In this document: piece after piece, positions 1 through 14,400 of the stretch
How positions within the stretch are numbered: the first letter of the stretch is position 1
Layout of the letters: each line of letters begins with the position of its first letter
NCBI GenBank assembly: GCA_012295275.1
Contig: CM022673.1
Location: forward strand, 17,670,001 to 17,734,000
Reading direction: 5' to 3'
DNA from: Chrysomallon squamiferum
Lineage: Eukaryota > Animalia > Mollusca
DNA length: 64,000 nt
Position numbers and translations under genes: made by a program
Notes under the pieces: generated by a model
The model's database searches: none
What the model was told of the DNA's origin: nothing
Seen by the model: only the letters and a program-made list of their open reading frames with translations

Positions 1-2300
1 GAATCATACGTAACAATGACTACAGGGTGAGTGTGGTTGGCGTCAACATTGTATTGTAACATGTTTAAACACATTTTGTGATGTATGATGAAGTTAAATA
101 AATAGTGTCACTGAATAAGATAAACAGAACTGAACACATGTAACTAAAATGTAAGGTTTTTTTTTTGGTTTTTTTGTAGGCTGATTTAAACATGCCTATC
201 AGTGGGAAGGTCAGTGCAGGTCTGCAAGGGTCAGATGTAAGTATAGTGAAAATATCTGTAAAAAACACTGACAGCGTTTACTTAGGTCATGACAAATTTA
301 TCATCATATATTTTATTTTTATAAATATTTATTGCAAATGTAGAATAAGTATCATTATTATTTTTACCACAAATGTTGTTATTATTATTACTGCAACTAC
401 TATTATTTTTGTTCTTATTGTTATTATTATTATTACTCCTTGTATACAACTACATTTACTACTACCACTACTCCTGTTACAATTATTATTATTACTACCA
501 CTACTACTACTACTACAGTTCCTACCAGTCTCATGAATACATAACTGTAACTAAAACCAGCTACTTGCTAATATTTTGCTACTCTTATTACAACAATTAT
601 TATGTGGCTGTTGTTGTGGTTGTTTGTTCAGACTGAAGAAAACATTCCGCTGCGGATCATGCTGCTGATGATGAATGAAGTGTTTGACCTTCGACACAAA
701 AATCAGTGGCTGAGACGCAGAATTGTCGCAATACTTCGACAGCTGCTCAAAGCAACATTTGGAGATATGATTAACAGGTTTATAATTGAACATTTCACAT
801 TTAAAAACAAATAAATAAATAAATATAAAAAATAATAATATTTAAATTTATTTAGATTGTGATATTTTTTCCCAATCTTATCAGTATTGTAAGATTAGTT
901 TATTTTAAAAATGTGTGATTTCCTACATGAGAATAATGAATATAAACTCTTATTTTAATTTGTTCTTTCTGTCCTTGACAAAATGTTTAAAAACTGGTTT
1001 TAAATAATAAAATGTAGCTTTTCAAAACGTAACAATAATATATAAATAAAATAATAATGTGAAAAAATTTGAATAATAAATTTTATTTCAGAAAAATTGT
1101 AGACCATGTCGACTGGATGACGTCTGCTGAGCAGATGGCTGAATATGTCAAAGCTTTCAGGTAGAGTTGTCTCCCTTCTATATTTTATTTAATGTGACAG
1201 CAAATAATTATCTAAATTTTTTACTTCATTTTTTGTGTTATAAAATGTTCTGTTACGTTTAAAAAACATGTTCTCCTGTCACAGAGATTCGTTCTGGCCG
1301 ATGGGAGTGCTAGCAGAACCTCGACATGTCCGGGACCATCACACTGTGATGAGAACTCGAGTCCTGTGTAAAGCTAAAATGTTAGGAAGTATACCAGGTA
1401 TGTTTTTATATTTTCTTTTACCAACATTTCAGTCACGAAACATAAAGAATATTTAAAAAGAATATTGTGTATAAACATGAATATATGGCAGGAAAGGAAA
1501 AAAAAGGAACACGCTTTTATAAATTGGTTCTTGCAAATCTAATATGATATAGAAAAGTTACAGATAGTTACAAATGAAAGATGTTCTATTACTTACCAAA
1601 GAGTGTAGCCACAGAATTTATTATATAAAACTAAAATTATACAAAATAATGGACTAATTAGTTGTATAAAGATTAGATAAAACAAATGTTAAGTGGTAGA
1701 TAACAGAAAACATTAATGAAAAAAAATGTGTTTAACACTGGGTCAGTTTTACTGGATTTTGTTTTAAAAATTATCATTGAACTTCTGTAGAGTGATGGTG
1801 TTGTCATTGGTTCTTGCATGTGAGATATTTCACAACTCTGGCATCTTTCCATTAGCAAACAAGAACATTTGTAGCCAAACCATTAACAAGAAGAACCTGA
1901 TAACTGACTTTTGATAATGAATTAGTTTTAAGGCATGGACAATACCTCTTATATAACATTTTATTATTAAATTGCATTCACTTTTACATTTGTTACAACA
2001 TTCAGAAAATATGTGTAATGTTTTTGTTTTTAAATATTTTCAGATGAAATGAGACACTTAATGGGAACGGAAACAATCCAGCTGGGAGTGGATCGCGTGT
2101 TTAAAATGTTTCAACACAAAACTCTCAACAAGAGACTTATCTACGTCTGCCTCGAGGGAGTGCTGGAGACGCTCTTTCCCACTAACAAGTTCCCTGCTCT
2201 CTTCAGAAAACTTCACTCAAAATCAAAACGGGTCAAAGAAGGAGGTCATGAGAGAACAGATACATTCAGTGATCTTAGAATAAAGTCCTCAAAACGATGA
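1..2300 (+). CDS. SNX13: Sorting nexin-13 (PXA-RGS-PX-Nexin_C family), 3' portion only; gene starts upstream of the window
   Basis: Phase-consistent GT-AG exons <1-26, 180-236, 632-777, 1092-1160, 1285-1397, 2044-2300 translate to ...GKVSAGLQGSD-TEENIPLRIMLLMMNEVFDLRHKNQWLRRRIVAILRQLLKATFGDMINRKIVDHVDWMTSAEQMAEYVKAFRDSFWPMGVLAE...GSIPDEMRHLMGTETIQLGVDRVFKMFQHKTLNKRLIYVCLEGVLETLFP...KR*. This closely follows the SNX13 C-terminal Nexin_C domain (NIPLRVMLLLMDEVFDL, KIVDHVDWMTS, LEGFLETLFP). Confidence 0.93.
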
Positions 2301-4223
2301 GTTGTGATTAAACGTATGAAGCTGGCATCGTGAAAATAAATGTCAGTTGAACTAAATTGTGAGTGTCTATAAAAATTGTTTTCCTCAGACATGATATATG
2401 AACGTCTTCAAAACTGTGAAGTGTGAATAAATAATAATCTATAACAGTAAGAGAATAAAATTTTAAAAATTGTTAAATTTGAATAGTTACAAAGTAAAGA
2501 AATATAAAAGTCTACAAAATGATGATGGAAATGGGAAACCTGACAAAAATGACAAAAAAATGAAAAACCAAAAGAAAATCAAAACATACAACATGATGAA
2601 TTGTGAAAAGCCTACAAATTTGGAATTAGGAAAGTCTGCTAAATAATGATGTCAACAAAAATATGTACTATAATTAATGTTTACAGAAGAATGAAATGCA
2701 GATAAAGTCTACAGAAATACGAAGTGTCAATAATTCAAAACATTTCACTTTGGATATACACTGCTTTGACTTGGCTAATATGATTTTTGTTTTCATTTAT
2801 TTTCATCATTGTTACTCATTTGAATCATTCACTGTGTTCTGTGATGTGACAGTGTGTTGATACAGTATGAAAGAATTTAGTTTTTTTTTAAATTAATGGA
2901 ATACGGGTGTTAGTTTTGTTTTGTTCTGTTTGTTAGTTACCCACCCATACCCTACTTCAGCATTACATTGTGCTTTTTGAAAAACAAATAATTAAATAAT
3001 TTTACCACCTGCTTTTAGCATACTATTTTATTAAAATATCATAAGATTTTCTGTCTTAAGAAATAAGAAATAATAGATATTTTCCATTAATTTATTTTGC
3101 ATTTAAGGTCAAAATATTGTTTGATTTAAAAATAATTACAATCTCAATTTCAGTGTATTTTAGCGATCCAAATTTTACCAATTATAAAATCATAATTATA
3201 TAATATCTAGAATAATAAACAGTTAAATCAGTGTTTATTTTTGGGCTCAATTTACTGCATGTTTAATTTGCCAAAATTTTAATATGCTTTTTCAAAACTT
3301 TATTTTTTTATATAATTTTTAATATTTAATTATGTCAACTCTTGCCTACTTAACTTTAGTTCTTATCAGATTCAGATATTTTTAAATCCAATTTTTGGTG
3401 GCAATCTTTAGACGAAAAAATTATAAAATTTCTGTTATGAGCTATTTGCATACATTGATTTTAAAACACTGTTTTAACAAAGTGTTATAACTAAATGTAT
3501 TGCATATATATTTTAAAATTACATTTACTGTCATAACTTAGCAGATGGGACTGTCCATGTAATAAAATTATTATTTCATGACATCATAGTTATTTTTATC
3601 TAAATTTTTATAATGGATTCTTATCAAAATCTTCATGTTGTTTGTCAGTTAAATTTGAAAATAAAATTGTTGTTGATTGCTATTACAAAACAAATCAAAA
3701 ATATGCATGAAAACTGAGCTTGCAACAAAATACATATTAAGCAAGATGATAAAATATTAATCAAACTGAGATCTGACCAACAAAAATAACCCAAAACTAT
3801 TGTACTGAATTAAACAAAACCATTTTTAATATTATAGAAATATCCTATATTTGAAATAAAATCTTTTTGTCTGTCTGAAAAATAAAGTCTGGTTGTGACT
3901 GTATAAGATATGTTTGAATAACTAGTTACCTGAAAACTTTAAAAAAATTATCTGTCTACCTATTTGTTATTTCTGAAAAAAAGAAGAAAAAAAAAGAAAA
4001 GTATATTGATATATATGTAACAGTTTTGTTTACTTCCTATTTAATTTTTTTTTTTTTTAAATATTTAATTTAGTGCTGACAGTGGATAGATGCAATATTT
4101 GAAAATTTGAAAAAAATATACATATATAAGTACTATTACGTATATTCTAGTATAGGTAACTGGACTTAACCAGGCATTCCATTTTTTTTTTTATTTAATT
4201 CATTATTAAATAATATTTTTATA

Positions 4224-4226
<3 letters not shown>

Positions 4227-4284
<58 letters not shown>

Positions 4285-4297
4285 TATTATTATTATT
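4227..4297. repeat. (TAT)n microsatellite
   Basis: Near-perfect TAT triplet run. Confidence 0.9.
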
Positions 4298-7200
4298 AAA
4301 TTTGTTTGTATATTTTTTTCTTGTTAAGATGTTTTAAAACATTTATTATTATCTTTTTATTTTTTTTTCCCCCTGTGATTTTAATCATAATTTAGTTAAT
4401 GTTGTTTATTTTATAGATGCAAATGTAAAATACTTTGTATTTTCATAAACTCCCTGTGCAGTCTGTTGATATTATTATTATTATTATTAAGAAAAGTCAG
4501 CTAATAAATTAAGTCACACTGTAATTAAAAAAGGCAAAATATTTTCATTTCTTTATTTTAAAAGAATTCTTTTCCTTTTTGCAAGTTTGCTCAAACCTCA
4601 AAAGAAAAATATTTTAAGATCAGTAAATATATTTAATTTATATCAAACAGAAACACAACATTTGTTTTCACACCATTTCATTAACGAGCTCAAATTCTGG
4701 TGTGAATTTTATTTTAGGGTCCAAAGAATTATTCACACATATTTTAATTAAAGTTTCAAATCTACATCATCAACCATTTACAAATAATTTATCATTTTCT
4801 TTTTTTCATCTTTTTTTAATATTATTTCTAGGAAGAGTATAAAACATTATTCAGAAATCCTGCAGCAAAATGATTTACGAGTTTTGTTAGTTTGCAGAAA
4901 TCTATTTTCTGTATCGGTTACATTCAAGCATAGTATATTCAACATGTTAATGAATGAATGATTCAATGATAAAAAAACTGTGTTTTTAAATAGGTGCCAA
5001 AATGTTACAAACTACAATCAGCTGACTTTAAAATAAATTATCATTCTGCAACAGGTGAAATGTTTATAATTTATTTCATAAATATCAAAAATAAAAATAA
5101 CAGTAATTTAAAAAAAAGATACTCTTTTTGTATCTTTCATGGAAATGTGTCACTGTATTTCATGTTTGAGTTATTATCCACATATTTTTGTCATATTTAG
5201 ATTATAGGTGTGGGAATTTAGTACATTTAGGGGAAATTTTGTTTTTAAATATGGTGTAGGTTGGTTGCAGTATATTGTTATTATTACTTTTTTTTTAAGT
5301 ACTAGTATTTTATTTTATTTTTATTTTCTGTTTTATTCTTTTCAATGTAACTGAGAAACAGAATTATGTCAGACCTGTTTTAAATATTTAAATTAATTTC
5401 TAATATCTTTATTCATAAGACTATCACTGTTTCATTCTTCATCTTTTTTAAATCATATTCTTTGACTTCAAAGTTATTTTAAAAATTATATTTATAATCA
5501 CAAATTTCTGCTGAAAATATTCATCTTAAACCCAGTCTGTATAGGTGTTGGTTTGTCCAGACCCTGTCTTTATAGGTTTATTTGTATTTGTTAATAATTC
5601 ATGTAGGTCTGGACATAGCTGAATGAGTGCTCTTTTATTTATTTTTTAATTTTTCTTCTAAAAATTGCCAAGAACATCTAGAGAAACGTTAGTTAATGGA
5701 ATTAAAATTGTTTTACAAAACAACTATGGGATTTTTTTTCTCATTTATTTTTTTTTTTTTATTTTTTTTTTCCACATTTGTAGTATAATTCAAAAGCTTC
5801 CTTATAACTTGTCATTGATAACACAAACATTCACATACTTAAAACAACAAGTACTGGTACCAAAGCAATTGTAGTAATAGGGTTGTTTTGTTTTTTCAAT
5901 GCAATTTACATCAACATTCAGGTTTGGTGCATTCCATTGCCGTCACAGTATTTTTTAGTTTTTCATATTGTCATTTACATTATTTTCTTTATTCATTAGA
6001 ACAGATTTCCAAAATCAGATATGTATTAACTTTTATTAAAAACAATTTTTCTTCTAAATTTTATTGTAAATTTGATTTTCTCCTTTTTTTTTTACTTCTT
6101 TTTTTTATGCATTTAACCTTAATAGTCACAATAAGCATTTTGAAAAAAAAAAATAAATAATTTGATGCACTGTTATTTAAAATTTTATCTTTATGCGGCC
6201 CTTTCCATTAATAGATGACTTTATTTTCACCTGTAACTAAAAAACTACTTTTGATTGGCATCACCATAACAAAATGTTTTAAAGTAACTGGTTGACAATC
6301 AAATTTAATTTCACTAATTTAGAATTAACTGTTGTAGATTTGACAGTGTTATTAGTGCATTTTTCAAGTTTAAGCATTGATGGAGTGTGCAATATTCTAT
6401 ATATCAAAGTTTAAAGTTATTTTAATATTTGTATATTGTTAATTGTAGTCCACAGTATATTTCTTTTCCTCAGTACCAATTGTTGTTAATAATAAAGTAT
6501 GACACTTACATATAACCAGATTTACTCATTGTTGCTGATTTACCTGCATCATCATCAGATAAACATAGCTTTTATATATTTCAGTTCATAAGGTTGTGCA
6601 GAGGCATATTTTTATTTATTTATTTTTAATAAGTGATGTGTGTTCACAAGAAAGTGGAAACAAGTCTTCACAGATTACAAATGTCATACTTTATTATTAG
6701 CAAAATTTGTATAAACTATGTATTTATATGCTTGCTTTTTTCTTTTCTTTTTTTTTTTCCTGCCACATTATAGATGAAAAATCTTCAAATATTGCACAAA
6801 AATATTTCCAATTAAAATAATCTGATTTCTGGCTTCATAAATGAATTTCTTTTAACTATAAATGTATTTTGATAATTTATACTGGTAATTGTAAAATTGA
6901 TCCATTGCTTTTTCAGTAAAGTTTAATAGCCATTAATAAATATTTTTAAATGGATGAATTAAAATCAAATTTTTGTGACATAAAACTGAAATTTTTCTTT
7001 TTACCAAATATGTGATGTTAGCCAATTTAAAAATTGTTATAAAATTAAATATTTAGAATACTGACTGGTGATTAATCAATTTTCAAGAAAATCATTGAAG
7101 TGTGATACACTTTGAATATTTTGTGGTGAAAACTAAAACTGGAAATTCTGCTGTTGATAAAACATGAGGAATGGTGCACTTAAAATTCTGTGAATATATA

Positions 7201-8240
7201 CTTATTTATTTATTTGTAAATAATTGTCAGCCATGCAATGGTATGTAAAACTTGTATATATGTCACTATCACTGATTATTTAATCATCTTCTTGCACTGA
7301 AAAGTACAATCAAATAAAATATTAAATCAAAACAATTTTTATTATTGTTATCACCCAAAAGCCAGTCTGCTTTTCATGCTGGGGTGTCATTAAGCATTCT
7401 TCCATTCATACATTTTATTGTTACAAATACTGCCCCCAAAAATGGTTTTATTTCAGAGCTCTTACTGAATTTTTGCAGAGAACATTTAACCCATTCACTA
7501 ATATATTTAGCTCCTGAAAAACTGCCATTGTTTACCAGATATACCATAGCTGATCATAAAGAAGACATTATGCTTTTCAGTCAAAATTTACTTTCAAACC
7601 AACCAATTATTAATTTTTTTGGAATAAAACAATGCCTCTGCCTTCATGTAATGCTTCTGTATTCTATAATGATAGCTGTATATGCATTGCATTGTTATGG
7701 GAAGACAGGAATCTCATTCACAGAGCAGATTGGTTGATATTTTTAAGTAATAATCCCCTATACATGATATTCTTTACTGAAGTCACATTTTGATTGTGTA
7801 CAGATTATTACATACTGATGTGTCAATGGGTTAAAACAGATTTTCTTTCCTTTTTTTCTCAAATTTTTATACTTCAGTAAAATAAGGATGTGTGCTACAA
7901 AACAAAAATTATTTGAAAAGGATGTGAAAAAAAAACAAAAAAAAAGTTATATTAACGATACTTTGACAAGCACTTTTTATTCTATTAATTTTCAAGATAA
8001 AAAAAAGAATGCCTGACAATTTCATATTTGTCTAACAAAAAAACCACCAGATAGTCCTTGATATCTGAGAATCAATCATGATTTCTAGATAACGCTTAGA
8101 ACTTATTAATTAAATATCCAACAATCCATTTTTCTAAGAACATTTCACAATTTATTTCTGTGAGATTTAGACTTTGTCTGTTCATAGGTAAAATCTGACA
8201 GTCCTATGAATGAGATTCTGCAAAGGTTCCAAGATAACAT

Positions 8241-8401
8241 TTCCTGAGAATTCAGAATTTGAAAGTTTCTAGATAAAATTTAACAATTTATTCCTGTGAA
8301 TTCAGAATTTATCAGTTTCTAGGGCAACACATGACAATTTATTCCTGTGAATTCAGAATTTATCAGTTTCTAGCCAACACATGACAATTTATTCCTGTGA
8401 A
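8241..8401. repeat. ~50-bp tandem repeat (3+ copies) overlapping the PMS1 stop codon
   Basis: Units start at 8241, 8291, 8342 and 8392 (partial); consensus TTCCTGTGAATTCAGAATTTATCAGTTTCTAGnCAACACATGACAATTTA. More degenerate copies appear to extend towards ~8050. Confidence 0.8.
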
Positions 8402-11400
8402 GTCTGGGACTCTATGAAGGTTTCTGTTTTGAATGCAGTCAGGTCACACAGTGTGTGGAAGAAAGGTTTGTCATGGAGACAGGTGCTGCAGTTTGAAGGT
8501 AAAAGTGTTTCCACCTGCACTAACATCTCACTCATGTCCTCATTACTTCTCTGCCCAGGAGACTGTCGAGCCATTCGCACTGCCTCACTCTTAAACAAAA
8601 TATACAACAGACGAAAAAATTAAATTGTCGAGTGATGAAAGATAAATGAGAAAATGTTGAAAATCTCAGAGGTAAAAAAAAAAGAGAAAATTTAAATTGC
8701 AGAAGAAGAGACTATATTATTATTTAAAAAAAAAAAAAAAATTTAATAGTGAAATTTTGGTTGAAAAAGATATATGGAGAATTTAATAAAATAATGAAAT
8801 TTTATCTTATAAAATTTGAAAATTTATTTAATACTGAAATAAAAATACAACTGACAAAATAATTAAATTATGTTAAAAATTTAATATTTAATTGTTAACC
8901 ATTTTTTTTATCTTAATAAACAAACATTAATTATTTTGATCACTAATGCCATGAAATGAACCTTCAAATAGTTGATAACTTTGAGTGGTCTTGACTCATA
9001 CAGAGTTGTTGCCCCTGTGTTTGTAATAAGTTCGAGGATTTCACACAGATCTCTTACTCCATACATTGGTATCAGTCTGGATGCTCCAACCAACTCTGCA
9101 ACAATCTCACCAGTTCCACTGTCTGAAATTAAAATATACTTAATATATGATATTGTATTATACCATGGTATGTATACTTATATTTTTAACTGTTACAATC
9201 TAGATCTTAGATCAGTTATTAAAAAGTCTTACCAGTAAGCAATGAATGTTTTATCACAAATATAAAAATCACCTCTGTAACACTGTATTTTTAATCCATT
9301 TGCCGTAACTCTTTCATCTGCTATGTAAACACGAGGGTCACATGACCAACTGTCTTCGGCCAATGAGATTAAAGTCTGCCAGAACAAATCATCACCAACC
9401 ACACTACAAAGTTAAACAGTAAAAGATTACAGAAACTCAGTGTTAAAAACAACAAAGTACATTTTGTAGTTAGCAGCAGCTCATCTTTTTAACAAGTTTC
9501 AGAGGTGAAACAAAAGATACTGTAGGGATCTGTGAGCAAAACCAAAATGTCCACTGCAAACCTTAAGTGCATAAAATAAAATTATGTGGTGCAGACAAGT
9601 GTTAATTTGTGAAAAATCTTTTGCTCTGAAACAAAACTTGAGGAGATTAATAATACATTGCATAATAATTCAGGGATATTTAATCAGTAGTTTTTCATTT
9701 GTTTCCATTACCCTGTTTAAAATTGCTTCTTCATCATTTGCTTTATTAATTCTAAAATTATTTATTATCATTATATGTGTCTGTATTTTGAAATTTTTTT
9801 CAATTAAATGTGTTATAATAATTGTAATATGATTTGCTACAGAAGATACTGGAGAAATTTAATTCATCTTTAAAAAGAATATTTTTGCACTTATTCTGTA
9901 AACATTTATTCATTTAAAAAACAAACAATTTTTTTTTTTAAATATATTATAAAATGCTGTCTCAGTTCACCTTGCAAAAAGAGGAACTGGTTTTTCTAGC
10001 TGGTCTGCACAAAGACGATGTTGTCCCATCAGCTGATGATGTAGCACTGTCTCACACATCCTGTGAGGGTTCACTAGCAAGAGGTCATTACCCTGACTAC
10101 ACACCCATGCACCACATGACCTGAGACAGCCAATCAGATTTTTCTTGGTCTGGAGTTGAGCAGGGCTTGGTAAAAACAAAGAAACGAAAAAATACTAAAT
10201 GAAAATATTTTTTTAACAATGAATATCTGTGAAAAAGACTTACTAACAAACTGCTCTGTTAATGTAATAAGATATTTGTCTAACTCATCCAAATATTTGC
10301 TTAAATCTTCAACACTTACGTTTGTCTAAATCGAGATGTAAAGTTTTGTTTAAGATTCGACAGACTGAATGGGACATCTTTTGTTGGTTTTTCTGGTTTC
10401 TTTTTCGTTTTCTTTGTTGACTTTTTCATCTGAGAAAGCAGCTGATCTCGAACCGATCGACCCTGAAACCACATTGTTTACAACTCTAGTGACCTTTAAT
10501 CACAATTTAGCATCATAAAAATAAAAGTTTAAAAACAAATAAAAATATCAGTTTAGCAAAATATCAAGAAAATATTACTGTAGCAACTTCATCAAAACAG
10601 AGACAATGCAAAATAACATAAAATATTTGTTATCTTTAAAATATCACCAAAACGAAATTATTTAAATATATCAAGTATAATACTAATTATTTTATTTAAA
10701 ATAAAAAAAAAAAGCAAATCTGATTCTTATTTTGAAAAATATAACAAAACAAAAATGTTTTATAAATCAGATATTCCACTTATTTCAATAATAAATAATT
10801 AATATCTTACCTTATCCAGTTTCTTTTTAACTTTATTAGAAATATCATTAGGTGTGCCTAAAGCATTGACAGTTCTGAAAATAACATAACAAGTGATAAG
10901 GATTTCTCAGATATAATTAATATAATGGTTACTTCCTACTGTTTTATTTGAATATATCAAACTTTGCTAGTATTGAAGTAGGAATTTAATAAGATGTACA
11001 CTGACTACCATATTCTTATATTTTTTTACATATATGTACACAAAAGTTAAAAAGAAATAAAGGTCTTTTAATGACATAACTGATAATATTGTAACAAAAA
11101 TATAGTTTTTGTAAAATTAATAATAATGCTTTGTTTCCTTTACCTGTTATTTACAAGAGATGAATATTTTAATTTTTCTGTTTCTGACAAATTTTTCCAT
11201 TTTTCTTTAATAATATCACCAATTTCTTCTTCACTGGACAGAGGATTCTGCTCCTCAACTAGTATTAAAATAAAACACAAGAAATAAAAGGGTTTTTTTT
11301 TCTGTTTTGTTTTTTGTAAGTAAATTTTGTATTAATGGTTATTAATTCAATCAAGTTAATAATTCTATTATTCTTGTGATAAAATCTGCAAAATGAAATA

Positions 11401-14400
11401 TGAATATTCAACAATGACTTTTTAGAGAACATTCATAGACCTAACAGTTCAATTAATTTCTGATGTTTAATATTTCTCTATTTTTCTCTCTTTCTCTCAA
11501 ATCTTTCATCTCATACACTCCACTCATCTCTAATTTTCACACACATATCTATCAGACCATTAGTATTCATTTCTTTCTCTGTGAAAGTGAAAAACTGCAT
11601 AATATATCAATGCACACCTTCTGGGTGAACATCTTTGATAAACATTTTAAAACCCAATTCTCTCTCCACTGGATGGTTGTCAATAATATCATACAGAGTG
11701 GTCTGCCCCTGACTCAGTGGCTGCAAAAAGATTTTGAAAACATGTTTTTCTTTTGATGAATTCATGACATAAATAATATATATATGTTTTTTTATTATTA
11801 TCATTCTTTTCTTTTATTTATTTATTTATTTTTATTTTTACCATGCAAACAGCTAGCTTAAAAAATTTCAGTGAACTTTTTTCTTATTCTTTAATTTTTG
11901 TTTTGTCATTAAAAAGGATTAATGTATGTATTTTATACAGAAAAGTACATAACCAGTCAAGGAGCTGTGGCTTGATTGGGAAAATGATCAAGTGACACAG
12001 CAAAAGAAAATTGATCTTAGAATTCATGTCTTAGACAGCTTTTTACAATTACCTACTTAAAAGTTATTTTAATCACAAAAATAAATAAACACAATTTACT
12101 TTTATTTGATGGCTTCCAGTTGCTCTACGTTTTTCAGGTGGAAGGATATCATGTTTTGGTGGGGAATGTGGCCTTTTACCTGGTGTGTGATAAGATGAGG
12201 GTGACAGCAGTGTCACTGGCTGAAATAATAAAATAAGATTTCCTTTATCATCACTATAATACTGTAATTAATTATACTAATTATATGCTATTGGCTGTCA
12301 ACAAAAGTAACATAATAACAGTCTTGAGATGAATCCTGCAACTTTATTCATTTAACAGAAATTTTTACTTACATTTTTCTATTTGAAATGCAAACGTAAT
12401 ATGAAACTTGTAAAAAGTGATACCTGCACAAGTTTTCCATTTGCAGTCACACTTCGACCCCTGCTCCAGTCTTCTTCACCGCCTGCAGAAACAGCTGAAA
12501 AAGTCACATCTGACTGATCCATGTTTGACGATTTTAAACATCTTGGTTCTTCATTTGTAGCAACATCTGAGGTATCATGACGTACAACATTAAAATTTCT
12601 GTCCACTTCAGGATTTCTGTTTTGACACTTAATGTTTATTTTATCTGTTAACAAAACTGAACTCTGTAAATTGTTAAAAGATTTATCACAAGTGCTTTCT
12701 TTTTCAGTGTATGTTCCCATCAGTCCATTTAATAATTCATCTGAAATATTATCTTCACATACTCCCACTGAGGAATTATGTTCAAAAGCCTTCTCAGATG
12801 TCTCTACAGAAATGTGTTTTTCTTGTGTTGAACGAGATTGGTCTTTATCTTCAATCACTATAACAGAAGAGATCTTAGATTCATTCTCCACCAATTTTTT
12901 ATTTACATCTTTGGTTGCTGAAAAACAAGAAACTGAGTTTTGAGTATTTATCTCATTTTCTAGACCTAACTGGCTCTGTTCAAACTCTGCTAAATCTATT
13001 TCCCAGCAGCTGGCTGCTTCAAGGTCAAGTTCTTCATTCTTTCTCAAGTCATTTTCACTAAATCCACTGTCACTGGTTTTATTTAATGTGTCAGGTTTCT
13101 TCTCAAGGAAATTTGTTTTTGGTTTGTTATCTTGTTTTGAAAGGTGAGTGTTTTTAACTAATGATGTTTCTAAACTGACATCTGATTGGCTGAAATTAGA
13201 TGTGCGATTTGATTCATCTGACTCCTGTCTACAGAACTGTGATCCTAGCACCCTCAGTTCTTTAGAGTTGTCTTCCTTGGGTTGGATTTCAGTTTGTTTA
13301 TCAAAATGTCTCCATGAAAGTGGTGAGTCCAACGGACCATACATATACAGCAAAATCTCCTCCAGGCACTTCTTAACTCCATCCTAAGTCAGCATAAATT
13401 TGGTCCATTTAAATAATATTTTAAATAAAATAAGTCAACTGTTAATATTATTTTAAAACCTAACTTTGATATATTTAAAAATTGTTCAATAATATACCAA
13501 TATAATATTAATTTCATTATTTTTTTAAATCCTAAAAGATAAAGCAATTATTAATGTTATATTATTTATGATTTATATAATGAAATTAAAAAATAAAAAT
13601 GTACTATTTGTGTATATTTTTTGCATTTTTGTTAATTATTACAGGTATAATTGAATGTTTTTTATTTATAAGCATACTCACCAACTGATGAAGCAAAACT
13701 TTTGTTTTGTTGGGGTCAACGTTGACATCAATCTCATTAGGTGGAATAGTTACTGCCACGACAAAGATGGGATGTCTGTTGTTGTCACACCCATAGCTGT
13801 TGCAGTAGTAGATGCGAATCAGCTGAAGAGAACAGTAACAATCTATCACAGTTTCTTATGGCAAGGTAAAGATATTATAAACTTCTTTGTGTGTATTTGA
13901 ATATGTATATTTTCTAATATATTAATATGCTTATAATAAATGTATGGTTACAGGTGGGTTCAGTTTTACCTTTTCAATTTCTTTCACAGTGACAGGTCTG
14001 GAGTTGACAAAGAGAAAACTTCTTTCACAGGATGTTCGACTGGTTACTAGGATGTCTGAATCAGGCTTAGGTAAAAACACATTCATGTCCACCTGGTTGA
14101 GGAAAAAAAAAGAAAAATATTCTTCAGTGAACAAGAACACATAATAATTACAAATCATAATTAAACTAATTAGCAACACAGCATATCAAAAATATTTCGA
14201 GTAATTTAGAGTGTACTCATGGAATTAAATAGCCTATTCATATTTTTGTATTCTTCTGATCAATTGTTTTATTTGTTATTATACACCAACCTTTGCTGAA
14301 AATAAAGTTTCATAATAAAATAACAAGCCTGGGAGAATGAACAGTTATGGCGATTTTCCTGTTTCTTATGATATCGTCTTGTATACAGTAATATTTAAAA

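Noticed and set aside
192-636. ORFs 192-536 and 373-636 with poly-I/L/Y tracts
   Set aside because: Read-through of a short SNX13 exon into (TAT/TAC)n intronic repeats; not independent proteins.
7345-7737. 130-aa + strand ORF
   Set aside because: Non-ATG start, no recognisable domain or splice structure; lies in the 3' region between SNX13 and PMS1.
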